A DNA stretch of 32,000 nt, from positions 360,001-392,000 of the forward strand of contig NC_013771.1 of assembly GCF_000025125.1 (NCBI RefSeq), in the 5' to 3' direction. The notes beneath the pieces were generated by a model that ran no database searches, had not been told where the DNA came from, and saw only the letters and a list, made by a program, of their open reading frames with translations. The first letter of the stretch is position 1, and every line of letters begins with the position of its first letter. The translations under genes and the position numbers were made by a program. The DNA is from Candidatus Atelocyanobacterium thalassa isolate ALOHA (GTDB lineage: Bacteria; Cyanobacteriota; Cyanobacteriia; Cyanobacteriales; Microcystaceae). Positions 19,275-28,770 of this stretch are shown here, in pieces.

Positions 19275-19826
19275 ATGGTAAGCGATAAACTTATTTTCTA
19301 TCAAAACGTTCTTGGCTCTCGCCGTTTAAGTAACTTTTTTTGGGCAGTAGTAACCATAACAGGTGGTATAGGTTTTCTTTTAGCCGGACTTTCTAGCTAT
19401 CTAGGTATAAACCTATTAGTTGTTAGTGACACATCATCTCTTCAATTTATTCCCCAGGGTATTACTTTGATATTTTATGGAATAATAGGTTCTCTACTTT
19501 CCTTATATCAATGGTTTATGATCGTTTTAAATATTGGTAGTGGTTACAATGAATTTAATAAGAAAACTAATATAGCAACTATTTTTCGTTGGGGTTTTCT
19601 TGGTAAAAATCGTCGTATCGAATTTACTTGTCCACTAGAAGATGTAAAAGCAATCAGAGCAGAGATTCGAGATGGAATAAACGCCAAACGAAAGTTGTAT
19701 CTCAGAGTTAAAAACAAACGAGATATTCCTTTAACTCGCATTGGAGAACCCATGTCTCTTTCTGATCTAGAAAACCAAGCAGCAGAGTTAGCAAGTTTTT
19801 TATCAGTTCCTCTTGAAGGGATTTGA
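19275..19826 (+). CDS. ycf4: Photosystem I assembly protein Ycf4
   Basis: 183 aa. GSRRLSNFFWAVVTITGGIGFLLAGLSSYLG and two N-terminal TM helices match Ycf4. Confidence 0.9.
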   Translation: MVSDKLIFYQNVLGSRRLSNFFWAVVTITGGIGFLLAGLSSYLGINLLVVSDTSSLQFIPQGITLIFYGIIGSLLSLYQWFMIVLNIGSGYNEFNKKTNIATIFRWGFLGKNRRIEFTCPLEDVKAIRAEIRDGINAKRKLYLRVKNKRDIPLTRIGEPMSLSDLENQAAELASFLSVPLEGI

Positions 19827-19902
19827 TTATTTGATCTTAAAAAAGTTTTTATTTGCTCTCTCTGTCAGAAATTTTTAAACACTTTGATATTCGAAAAATC
19901 AT

Positions 19903-20637
19903 ATGATAAAAACGAGAAAAAATTACTTAAGGACTTTTTTAAATATAATTTTTATTAGCAGTCTTGTACTTACAGGATGTAGCGAAATATCAAGTAAATT
20001 CAATAGTTCAGATTCTAAAAGAGAAATTAATAGTACTCAACAAATGCATCAAATAGATGTGAATAACTATACACCTAGACTTGATAGTACTGCAGTTGTT
20101 GAAATGAGTATTAATGACTCTTCTATAATTATTGAGATTAACGGCCGAGAAGCTCCAATTACAGCAGGAAATTTTATAGATTTAGTAGAACGTGGTTTTT
20201 ATAATGGTTTAGTGTTTCATCGTGTAATTAAAGATCCTACGCCCTTTGTTGCTCAAGGTGGTGATCCCGATGGAACAGGGATGGGAGGTTTCGTAGATCC
20301 AAAAACTAAGCAAAGAAGATATATTCCTTTAGAAATTAAACTAGAAAATGACGAAAAGCCTATTTACAACCAATCTTTAGGAATTCAAGGATCGGCATCT
20401 CCAAAGTCAGTAGTCTTAAAGCATAAAAGGGGTTCAGTAGCTATGGCTCGTTCGGCAATGCCTGATTCTGCATCTTCTCAATTTTATGTAGCTTTATCAG
20501 ATTTAGATTTTCTAAATGGAGATTATGCTGTCTTTGGTACAGTAATCGAAGGGATGAAAATAGTTGACAATATTAAAGAAGGTGATCGAATAAGTTCTAT
20601 GCACGTAATTTCTGGTCTAGAAAACTTTAAAAAATAA
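19903..20637 (+). CDS. Cyclophilin-type peptidyl-prolyl cis-trans isomerase, predicted lipoprotein
   Basis: 244 aa. Signal peptide with lipobox LVLTGC. Cyclophilin core FHRVIKDPTPFVAQGGDPDGTGMGG, SVAMARS, QFYVAL and YAVFGTVIEGM. Confidence 0.9.
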   Translation: MIKTRKNYLRTFLNIIFISSLVLTGCSEISSKFNSSDSKREINSTQQMHQIDVNNYTPRLDSTAVVEMSINDSSIIIEINGREAPITAGNFIDLVERGFYNGLVFHRVIKDPTPFVAQGGDPDGTGMGGFVDPKTKQRRYIPLEIKLENDEKPIYNQSLGIQGSASPKSVVLKHKRGSVAMARSAMPDSASSQFYVALSDLDFLNGDYAVFGTVIEGMKIVDNIKEGDRISSMHVISGLENFKK

Positions 20638-20994
20638 GTTCTGCTTACGATGTAATGGCAACATTATTAAGTTAAGAAATTTTTCTTAATAGTCAATATC
20701 TAGATAAGATATTCAAAGCTTAACTATAAGTTGAATAATTGAAATAAAAAGCTAAATCATCTTCATGCTTTGACTTAAGAGAAGTTATTAATATTTAATG
20801 TAGATTATTAGGTATTTTACACTCTCATGGTAGTGTATTTTTATAATTTCAAAAATTATTGTAATACTTATAATTATATTTTTTAGTATTCAACATTATT
20901 AAAAAATTTTAAGTATAAGTTGGTACTACTGATATTTTTTATCGTTTATTATTTCTCAAATTCAATCCACGCTATATTGTAATCCCCTTTAGTT

Positions 20995-23154
20995 ATGATA
21001 CAGAAGGAATCTGTTGATTTAACAATTAGTCTTAAAGATAGTAAATATTATCTCAATCGTGAACTAAGTTGGTTAGAGTTTAATTATCGTGTTCTAAATG
21101 AAGCTTTAGACACTCGTACACCTTTATTAGAAAGGCTTAAATTTACTGCTATTTTCAGTTCTAATCTTGATGAATTTTTCATGGTGCGTATAGCAGGATT
21201 AAAGCAGCAAATTCAAGCTGGGGTTACTAAGTTAACTTTTGATGGATGTACTCCTTTAGAACAACTAGTAGCTATAAGTGAGCGTCTTCATTTTCTAATT
21301 AAAGAACAAGACTATCTTTTTGAATACACTTTAAGGAATCTTTTAGCTGTTCAGGGAATCCACTTAGTAAACTATATAGACCTTGATCAAAAGCAACGTA
21401 CATATCTTCATCAATACTTTGATGAAAATATTTTTCCAGTTTTAACTCCTTTAGTAGTTGATAAGTCACACCCCTTCCCTTATATCTCTAACTTAAGTCT
21501 GAATTTAGGTGTTGTAATATGTAACCCTGAAACGAAAGAGGAGCATTTTGCAAGAGTCAAAGTTCCTAGTGTATTACCACGCTTTGTAGCTCTTCCTCAA
21601 AGACTTTACAGTCAAACAAATAATAAATCTATAGTTTGGCAGGGTATACCATTAGAACAAGTCATTGCTCATAACATTGAAGCTTTATTTTCTGGAATGA
21701 TAGTACAGGAATGTTACCCCTTCCGAGTAACTAGAAATGCTGATTTATCAGTTGAAGAAGATGAAGCAGATGATTTATTATTAGCTATTGAACAAGAGTT
21801 AAGGAAGCGTAATATAGGCAGATCAGCAGTACGTCTAGAAGTTCATGCTTCGACTCCTACATTAATTAGACAGCAATTAGTTGAAGATTTAGAGCTAGAG
21901 GAAATAGACGTATATGATATTCAAGGACTATTAGGTTTAAAAGATTTATTGTATTTTTTATCTCTTCCTTATCCAAAACTAAAGTATGAAAGTTGGAGTT
22001 CTATAGTTCCAAAAGATTTAAATAAAATCAAGAAAATCACTAGCAGCAATAATCAAAAAATTGAGTCTAACGAAAAAGATATTTTTTCTTTAATTCGCCA
22101 ATCAGATATTCTAGTTCATCATCCTTATCAATCTTTTAGTGCTTCTGTAGAACAATTTATCGCCCAAGCTGCTTATGATCCTAGTGTTTTGACTATTAAA
22201 ATGACTCTATATCGAACTTCAGGGGATTCTCCTATTATTGAAGCATTAATTGCAGCAGCTGCTAATGATAAACAAGTAGTTACTTTAATAGAATTAAAAG
22301 CCAGATTTGATGAAGAGAATAATATTATTTGGGCTCGCCAACTTGAACAGTCGGGAGTCCATGTGGTTTATGGTTTAGCAGGATTAAAGACGCATACTAA
22401 AATTGTCTTAATTGTTCGAAAAGAAGGAGAAAAAATTCGCCGTTATGTTCATATAGGCACGGGAAACTATAATTCCAAAACAGCTAATTTATATACAGAC
22501 GTAGGATTGTTTAGTTGTCGTGAAGAATTAGGAGCAGATCTAACAGATTTATTTAATTTTTTAACAGGCTATTCTTGTCAAAAACTTTATCGCAAATTGC
22601 TAGTAGCTCCAGTTAATATGCGTGATCGTATATTATCAATGATTAATAGAGAAATTACTCATTGTCGAAAAGGAGGTAAAGGCCATATAGTTGCAAAAAT
22701 GAATTCATTAGTAGATCCAAAAATTATTGAAGCTCTCTATTTAGCTTCTCAAGTTGGAGTTAAAATTGATTTAATTATCAGAGGAATTTGTTGCCTTAGA
22801 CCTGGAATTAAGGGAATCAGTAATAATATTAGAGTTATTAGTGTAATAGGACGTTTTTTAGAACATTCACGAATTTTTTATTTATACAATGGTGGTAAGA
22901 AAGAAGTTTATATTGGCAGTGCAGACTGGATGACACGTAATTTTGTTCGCCGTGTCGAAGCTATCACTCTTGTTAACGATCCTAACATTTCCTATAAATT
23001 AGAGGAAATATTGAGAATAACATTGGAAGATAATTCTCAAGCTTGGCAATTGTCTTCTAACGGTAATTATATAAGACGTTTCCCCATGAGTAATCAGTAT
23101 GAAAAAAACTCTCAAAAAATATTCATGGAAATGGCATTAAAGTCTATACTCTAA
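20995..23154 (+). CDS. ppk: Polyphosphate kinase 1
   Basis: 719 aa. YLNRELSWLEFNYRVL N-terminus, SNLDEFFMVR, phosphohistidine region GLKTHTKIVLIVR, HIGTGNYN and FLEHSRIFY. Full-length PPK1 architecture. Confidence 0.95.
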   Translation: MIQKESVDLTISLKDSKYYLNRELSWLEFNYRVLNEALDTRTPLLERLKFTAIFSSNLDEFFMVRIAGLKQQIQAGVTKLTFDGCTPLEQLVAISERLHFLIKEQDYLFEYTLRNLLAVQGIHLVNYIDLDQKQRTYLHQYFDENIFPVLTPLVVDKSHPFPYISNLSLNLGVVICNPETKEEHFARVKVPSVLPRFVALPQRLYSQTNNKSIVWQGIPLEQVIAHNIEALFSGMIVQECYPFRVTRNADLSVEEDEADDLLLAIEQELRKRNIGRSAVRLEVHASTPTLIRQQLVEDLELEEIDVYDIQGLLGLKDLLYFLSLPYPKLKYESWSSIVPKDLNKIKKITSSNNQKIESNEKDIFSLIRQSDILVHHPYQSFSASVEQFIAQAAYDPSVLTIKMTLYRTSGDSPIIEALIAAAANDKQVVTLIELKARFDEENNIIWARQLEQSGVHVVYGLAGLKTHTKIVLIVRKEGEKIRRYVHIGTGNYNSKTANLYTDVGLFSCREELGADLTDLFNFLTGYSCQKLYRKLLVAPVNMRDRILSMINREITHCRKGGKGHIVAKMNSLVDPKIIEALYLASQVGVKIDLIIRGICCLRPGIKGISNNIRVISVIGRFLEHSRIFYLYNGGKKEVYIGSADWMTRNFVRRVEAITLVNDPNISYKLEEILRITLEDNSQAWQLSSNGNYIRRFPMSNQYEKNSQKIFMEMALKSIL

Positions 23155-23180
23155 ACTTATTAATGCGAGTGATCTTTGTC

Positions 23181-23813
23181 TTATGATTTTTTACCAATTT
23201 TAGGTTCTGTACCTTTTGAAAGGCGTACTATATTCTCTCGATGTCGATAAATTACATATATTCCTATACTCATCATAAATAAACAATAAGGTAAAGGTTC
23301 ATTGGATCTAATAGTTAATAAATTAGCTATTAAAACACCTACAATAGAACTTATTGAAACAATACGAGATATAAGTAATGTAATTAAAAAACTTATTAAT
23401 GTGCCCAAAGCAACTATAGGATTTAGAATTAATAAAACTCCTAAACTCGAAGCTACAGACTTACCACCAGTAAAATTTAGGAATATAGATTTACTATGGC
23501 CAAGTATAACGGAACTTCCCCCTAAAATTTCTAACCAAGGGTTCCATGTCGGATTAAGAATATCTGACGTAATATTAGAAATTATAAGTTTTGTTATCAG
23601 GACTCCTGTCATAGCTTTTAATATATCTAATACCAAAACTACAATGGCTGCTTTTTTACCAACATTTCTTAATATATTGGTTGCTCCTGTAGACCCTGAA
23701 CCATAATTACGAATATCAATCTTCTTTAAGTATAATCCTGCTATGTAGCCTGTAGGGAAAGAGCCACAAATGTAACAAAGTAAGAATATGAATATTGTAA
23801 TTAACAGAGTCAT
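23181..23813 (-). CDS. plsY: Glycerol-3-phosphate acyltransferase PlsY
   Basis: 210-aa membrane protein. GSFPTGYIAG ... GSGSTGATNILRNVGKKAA and GHSKSIFLNFTGGKSVASSLG are PlsY signature blocks. Confidence 0.93.
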   Translation of the reverse strand: MTLLITIFIFLLCYICGSFPTGYIAGLYLKKIDIRNYGSGSTGATNILRNVGKKAAIVVLVLDILKAMTGVLITKLIISNITSDILNPTWNPWLEILGGSSVILGHSKSIFLNFTGGKSVASSLGVLLILNPIVALGTLISFLITLLISRIVSISSIVGVLIANLLTIRSNEPLPYCLFMMSIGIYVIYRHRENIVRLSKGTEPKIGKKS

Positions 23814-23870
23814 AAGTTAGTAATTAATATAAAAGAACAAAATTTAAATTTGGAAATAAGTATCTAGCTG

Positions 23871-24950
23871 TTATGAATAATTAATAAAAGCAAAATATAG
23901 TGGAAATTGAAGTAAAAGAAGATTAACTTGCTCTTCTGCTTCATCAATAATGATAAGTGGTAAGAATTTATCATGGATCAATTTTTTAGCTCTCTGAGCC
24001 AAAACTTCGGAAGATTCAAATAATGTAATTCTTTTATCCGGACCAAAGTCACTGCGAGAAATACCTAATGATTCCTGTAATCCACGCCTCCACTCTCCTA
24101 GCCTTTCTGGCGTACTGGCTAAAACCAGAATTTTATTATCATTACCATAAAGTTCATTCAGTATAGAAACTATTGCTGATGCTACTAGCATATCGTGTAA
24201 ACGGTTTCCTGTAGAGTTAATTGCTCCTTTTCCACCTCTCAAAAAGAACCATTGTTTAACTTTCTCAGCATGCATCATCTCAAATGTTCGACGCAGTTGC
24301 CATGGTGCACCGTAATAATTAGGCTCTGTTTGATAATTTTTTATAGCTCTCTCAATCTGTAAATGCTGTTTTATGAACCTTTGTGTTGTGAAATGGTTTT
24401 TCAAGGTATTTTTTTGAGGAAGTATTTCAGTATTCTGAAAAGTGTTTATTGGATTTTCTTTTTTTGACAATTTTAATTGTTCAGCAGTCTCTGTCAAATC
24501 CTGCAGACTACCTACTAAGTATTTTTTAAACTCCTGTACTCTAATTGCCAAATCTTCAGAAACCCCAGCGAAATTGGTTCTCATTTCCTCGCGAATCTTG
24601 TTTCTACGACGTTCTAGCTTTTTGATTGAAATTATTAATATTTGTTTTTGTTCTTTAAGCTCTTTTAATCCTTCTTGAACTATTTCTTGTAATATTTGTT
24701 TCGCTGAAAGATCATTCACTATATCTTCATTTTTAGCAATAGCAAGAGATCTCTCGTGTTTTAAAACTTTCAATTGTTCGATTAATTTCTTAATTTGATT
24801 TTCTAAATCAAAAATATTTTTAGAAAGTTCAGAATTGGTTATGCTGCAAAATTGTTTTTTTTCACATGTATGAGAAGAATTGTCAGAAACATTATGTAAT
24901 ATTTTTTTATTTATGCTCTTATCAAGAGACTGTGAAAAATTAGATTCCAT
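23871..24950 (-). CDS. Conserved hypothetical protein: N-terminal coiled coil plus a C-terminal globular domain (possibly cyanobacterial DUF3086-type, from memory)
   Basis: 359 aa. Residues ~40-130 are heptad-rich and charged (LENQIKKLIEQLKVLKHERS ... KELKEQKQILIISIKKLERRRNKIREEMR). The C-terminal block is YGAPWQLRRTFEMMHAEKVKQWFFLRGGKGA ... LPLIIIDEAEE. It lies 57 nt upstream of plsY on the same strand. Confidence 0.55.
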   Translation of the reverse strand: MESNFSQSLDKSINKKILHNVSDNSSHTCEKKQFCSITNSELSKNIFDLENQIKKLIEQLKVLKHERSLAIAKNEDIVNDLSAKQILQEIVQEGLKELKEQKQILIISIKKLERRRNKIREEMRTNFAGVSEDLAIRVQEFKKYLVGSLQDLTETAEQLKLSKKENPINTFQNTEILPQKNTLKNHFTTQRFIKQHLQIERAIKNYQTEPNYYGAPWQLRRTFEMMHAEKVKQWFFLRGGKGAINSTGNRLHDMLVASAIVSILNELYGNDNKILVLASTPERLGEWRRGLQESLGISRSDFGPDKRITLFESSEVLAQRAKKLIHDKFLPLIIIDEAEEQVNLLLLQFPLYFAFINYS

Positions 24951-25224
24951 AGATATAAATTTATTTTTTAAGATCTAAGTATTTATATAAAGTTAAGAAT
25001 TAGAGCTAGGATAACTTACTTTGAATAAAAATAGCTATCGTTGTATAAGAACTTATCTAGAACTTAATTAGTAGTTGAATCTAATAAAAATTGCATTAAG
25101 AAAACATCATATCGAACATTAGTGAGTTGAAAATATAAATAATTTTTATTAAGTTATAACAATATCAGATCATAAAAACACTTTTCTTTACTAAAACTAT
25201 TTCTACTTATCACATTATTATTTA

Positions 25225-26283
25225 ATGCTTAGACTTTTATTTTTATCGACTCCTGTAGGTCCCTTAGGTTCAGGTATAGGCGGAGGTGTCGAATTAACTT
25301 TATACAACCTTGCTAAAGAAATGAATAAAAGGGGACATCAAGTGAAAATTATTGCGCCCCAACAATCCAGCTTGCCTTACATTACTTGTCAAGAAATACC
25401 AGGTATTTGGCAAGAAATGATCCAGAGTTCTAAGAGAGATACCCCTATTATTTTTCCGCGAAATTCAGTTTTAGCAAATATGTGGAATTCTGCAAAAAAA
25501 GTAGAAGATAATTACGATTTGATAGTTAATTTTGCTTTTGATTGGCTTCCACTATATTTAACTCCTTTTTTTAAATGTACTATTGCTCATTTAATTAGTA
25601 TGGGATCAATGACAGAGGCTATTGATGATATGATTCGCCAAGTAGATATATCTTTTCCTTATACTATTGGTGTACATACTCAAGAGCAAGCAAAAACATT
25701 TCCTTTCTTAAAGAATTTCTATATTTTAGGTAATGGCATAGATGTACCTCTATACAAATTTTGTGATAACCCAAGTAACAGTTTTTCTTGGATTGGTCGT
25801 ATCTCTCCTGAGAAAGGTTTGGAGGATGCCATTCTAGCGGCAAAAACCGCTAACGTAAAACTAAAAATTTTTGGGAAAATCCAAGATATTGACTATTGGA
25901 ATAATATTCAAACTAAATACTCAGACGTTGATTTTCAATATGAAGGATTTTTTGATACAAGTAAACTTCAAGAAAAAATAAGAGTAAGTAAAGCTATACT
26001 AGTGACACCAAAATGGATAGAAGCGTTTGGTAACATCATTATTGAATCTCTAGCTTGTGGAGTTCCTGTTATCGCTTATAAACGAGGTGGTCCAGCAGGG
26101 TTGGTGAAAAATGAAGAAACAGGTTTTTTAGTAACTCCCGACAATATTAGTGAATTAGTTCATGCCATTAAGAATATAGAAAAAATTGATAGGAAAAAAT
26201 GTCGTGATTATGTAGAAATCAACTATTCTCTAAAAGTTTTAGGTGATCGCTTTGAAGAATGGATGCTAATGTTGAAAAAATAA
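25225..26283 (+). CDS. Glycosyltransferase family 4 (GT-B, group 1)
   Basis: 352 aa. N-terminal glycine-rich STPVGPLGSGIGGGVE, a C-terminal EX7E-type motif EAFGNIIIESLACGVPVIAYKRGGPAGLV, and ETGFLV. Donor and acceptor are not assignable. Confidence 0.8.
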   Translation: MLRLLFLSTPVGPLGSGIGGGVELTLYNLAKEMNKRGHQVKIIAPQQSSLPYITCQEIPGIWQEMIQSSKRDTPIIFPRNSVLANMWNSAKKVEDNYDLIVNFAFDWLPLYLTPFFKCTIAHLISMGSMTEAIDDMIRQVDISFPYTIGVHTQEQAKTFPFLKNFYILGNGIDVPLYKFCDNPSNSFSWIGRISPEKGLEDAILAAKTANVKLKIFGKIQDIDYWNNIQTKYSDVDFQYEGFFDTSKLQEKIRVSKAILVTPKWIEAFGNIIIESLACGVPVIAYKRGGPAGLVKNEETGFLVTPDNISELVHAIKNIEKIDRKKCRDYVEINYSLKVLGDRFEEWMLMLKK

Positions 26284-26528
26284 ATAAGACCTAAAACTAA
26301 CATTTAAATATTATTTACTTAATAGCTTTAAAATCTGTAAAATATAGTTATTGTAATAGTAGTAGATAGTTAATTCTTTTTTTATTATTGAGTTCAAGAT
26401 TTGTTTTAGTAGTGATATTGAATTTAATTTAAAAAAAGTTATTACGATAAACTAATATAACTACTAATTTTTTGTTAAGTTAAAAAGAGTAAGTTAAATT
26501 TCCTCCATGGCTTTGAAAATATATAACT

Positions 26529-28367
26529 ATGAGCAATGTTATTCTTGATGTTTCTAATCTTCGTGTTGAGTTTTACATCAATAGGGAACTAAATAAAATT
26601 GCTGTAGATGGTATCAGTTTTCAGTTGAAACGAGGAGATATACTAGGTATTGTTGGAGAGTCTGGCTCAGGTAAATCTGTTACTTCTTTAGCCATTATGG
26701 GTCTACTTCAAAGATCTGGGAAAATTGCCTTAGATAGTCAAATAAGGTACTACTTAACACAACAAGAATATATTGAAACAACCAAATTAAATTCTAAGGA
26801 ATGGACTCAATATCGTGGCAAAAAAATTGCTATGATTTTTCAAGAACCCATGAGTTCCTTTAATCCTTTATACACAATCGGTTACCAGCTGCTTGAAGTC
26901 ATCGAACTTCACCAAACTCTAAACAAAAAAGAAGCTAAAAAAAAGGCTGTTGAGTTGTTACAATCTGTAAAAGTCTTAGAAGATGATATTACATTAGAGA
27001 AAAAGTATTTTTCAGAGAAGATAAAGACAAAAAAATTAAGATTTAAATCAAAAAATAATTTAGAACATAGACAAATTCAATCATATATAAAAAAGCAAAA
27101 AGAAACTTTTTTGCAACGTTATCCGCATGAACTCTCGGGAGGCCAACTTCAGAGAGTTATGATTGCTATGGCTATTTCCTGCAAACCAGATATTTTAATT
27201 GCTGACGAACCTACAACAGCTCTTGATGTTACTGTTCAAAAAACTATTCTGAAATTATTGTTAGGTTTATGTAAACAAAATAATATATCTATGATTTTTA
27301 TCTCCCATGATTTAGGTGTTATTAATGAAGTTGCTGATAAAATCCTGGTTATGTATAGAGGAAAAATAGTAGAGAGAGGGGAAAAGGATCAAATTCTTTA
27401 CCACCCTAAACATGACTATACTAAGGGGTTGATTGCTTGTCTTCCTCCTTTGAAAAACAAAATAGACAGGTTACCTATAATTTCAAATTTCTCTAGCGAT
27501 AAGCAAACAGTCGATCTCTTTAAACAAAAAAAATTAATTGATAGAATAATTTCAAACAAAGAAATTCAAGATAGAGAAAAAGATGTTATTGATAAAAAAG
27601 TTTTACTATCAGTAAAAAATTTAACTGTTGAGCTTAATAAAGCTACCATACTTAACAATATAACTTTTGAAGTATATACAGGTGAAACTTTAGGCTTGGT
27701 TGGTGAATCTGGATGTGGAAAATCAACTTTATCAAAAACAATTTTAAAGTTACTTGAGGCGAAGCAAGGAAGTATTCTATTTGATAAATATGAAATATTA
27801 AAATTTCCGGATAATAGTAATTTTTTACGGAAATTAAGAAAAGATATACAAATTATTTTTCAAAATCCTTATAATTCTTTAAATCCTCGCTTAACTATCG
27901 GACAAACAATTATGGAGCCAATGATTATTCACAAGACAGAAAAAAAATATACTAAAAGAAAAGAAATTGTTGAAACACTACTAAAATTAGTTGGCTTGGA
28001 AGAGACAAGTTTTGAACGCTACCCTCATGAGTTTTCAGGTGGTCAAAGACAGAGAATATGTATTGCAAGAGCATTAGCATTGAATCCTCGTTTTATTATC
28101 TGTGATGAATCAGTATCGGCTTTAGATGTCTCCGTACAGGCACAAATCTTAAATCTACTAAAAGAAATACAACAAAAATTTAAATTAACTTGCATCTTTA
28201 TTTCTCACGATTTAAGTGTTACAAGATTTATGAGTGATAGAATTATGGTAATGAGAAAAGGTGAAATTATTGAGTTGGGAACAGCAGAAGAAATAGTTAA
28301 TACACCTAAAATAAAATACACAAAAGAACTTCTTGATTCAGTTCCACAATTTTCTAAAAATAAATAA
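26529..28367 (+). CDS. ABC transporter ATP-binding protein with two fused NBDs (Dpp/Opp/Nik-type, GsiA-like); paralogue of 13232-14857
   Basis: 612 aa. NBD1: GESGSGKSV, LSGGQLQRV, ILIADEPTTALD. NBD2: GESGCGKST, FSGGQRQRI, FIICDESVSALD. It carries a ~40-aa Lys-rich insertion just before the NBD1 signature motif. Confidence 0.9.
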   Translation: MSNVILDVSNLRVEFYINRELNKIAVDGISFQLKRGDILGIVGESGSGKSVTSLAIMGLLQRSGKIALDSQIRYYLTQQEYIETTKLNSKEWTQYRGKKIAMIFQEPMSSFNPLYTIGYQLLEVIELHQTLNKKEAKKKAVELLQSVKVLEDDITLEKKYFSEKIKTKKLRFKSKNNLEHRQIQSYIKKQKETFLQRYPHELSGGQLQRVMIAMAISCKPDILIADEPTTALDVTVQKTILKLLLGLCKQNNISMIFISHDLGVINEVADKILVMYRGKIVERGEKDQILYHPKHDYTKGLIACLPPLKNKIDRLPIISNFSSDKQTVDLFKQKKLIDRIISNKEIQDREKDVIDKKVLLSVKNLTVELNKATILNNITFEVYTGETLGLVGESGCGKSTLSKTILKLLEAKQGSILFDKYEILKFPDNSNFLRKLRKDIQIIFQNPYNSLNPRLTIGQTIMEPMIIHKTEKKYTKRKEIVETLLKLVGLEETSFERYPHEFSGGQRQRICIARALALNPRFIICDESVSALDVSVQAQILNLLKEIQQKFKLTCIFISHDLSVTRFMSDRIMVMRKGEIIELGTAEEIVNTPKIKYTKELLDSVPQFSKNK

Positions 28368-28770
28368 TTAACTTTACTGTTTACATAATAAAATTATTTT
28401 TATTATTAAGAAAAGAAAAATAAGGACTATATTACTAATGGAACAATATTAGGTTGAATATTTCTTTTAATTCAAAGAAGGTAAGCTGAAGATTGTCTTG
28501 TTAAAATTATTGAAAATTGTTAATTAAAATGTTTTCGAAAAAGTTAACTTAATATTTCACTTCATTGTATTTTTTAATAATGCCAATCTAATTCATATTA
28601 TCAGTATCTGATCTATAATAGAATTTTATATATAACATAATTTTTCTAGAGTTTATAAATTTAAAAAACTATTCAAATTAGATTTAACAAATCTAATTAA
28701 TTTTTAAGTAAAATATTTAAAGTAGTTTCATATCAAAATACTTTCCCCACAATAAATTTTTTTAAAAAAT

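Noticed and set aside
19544-19753. 69-aa minus-strand ORF
   Set aside because: It lies antisense inside ycf4. Shadow ORF.
20719-20726. CTTAACTA upstream of ppk matches the cyanobacterial Pho-box half-site pattern PyTTAAPyPy(T/A)
   Set aside because: It is a single copy only, and I could not find tandem copies at 11-bp phasing. Such AT-rich 8-mers are expected by chance in this spacer.
23302-23706. 134-aa plus-strand ORF
   Set aside because: It lies antisense inside plsY, whose own frame carries the PlsY signature blocks.
24442-24678. 78-aa plus-strand ORF
   Set aside because: It lies antisense to the coiled-coil region of the 359-aa protein. Low-complexity Ser/Phe/Leu shadow frame.
26507-26548. 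13-codon upstream ORF overlapping the start of the second ABC ATPase in another frame
   Set aside because: There is no SD (it is preceded by CCTCC, the anti-SD sense), and the peptide is not recognisable. Short ATG ORFs are abundant by chance.
28676-28698. 10-bp perfect AT-rich hairpin (aattagattt / aaatctaatt) followed by TTTTT upstream of the TPR gene
   Set aside because: It has only one G-C pair and a 3-nt loop. By rough estimate, several 10-bp perfect inverted repeats are expected by chance in AT-only spacers of this size. Similar weak palindromes at 15241-15261, 20673-20690 and 14898-14914 were dismissed for the same reason.
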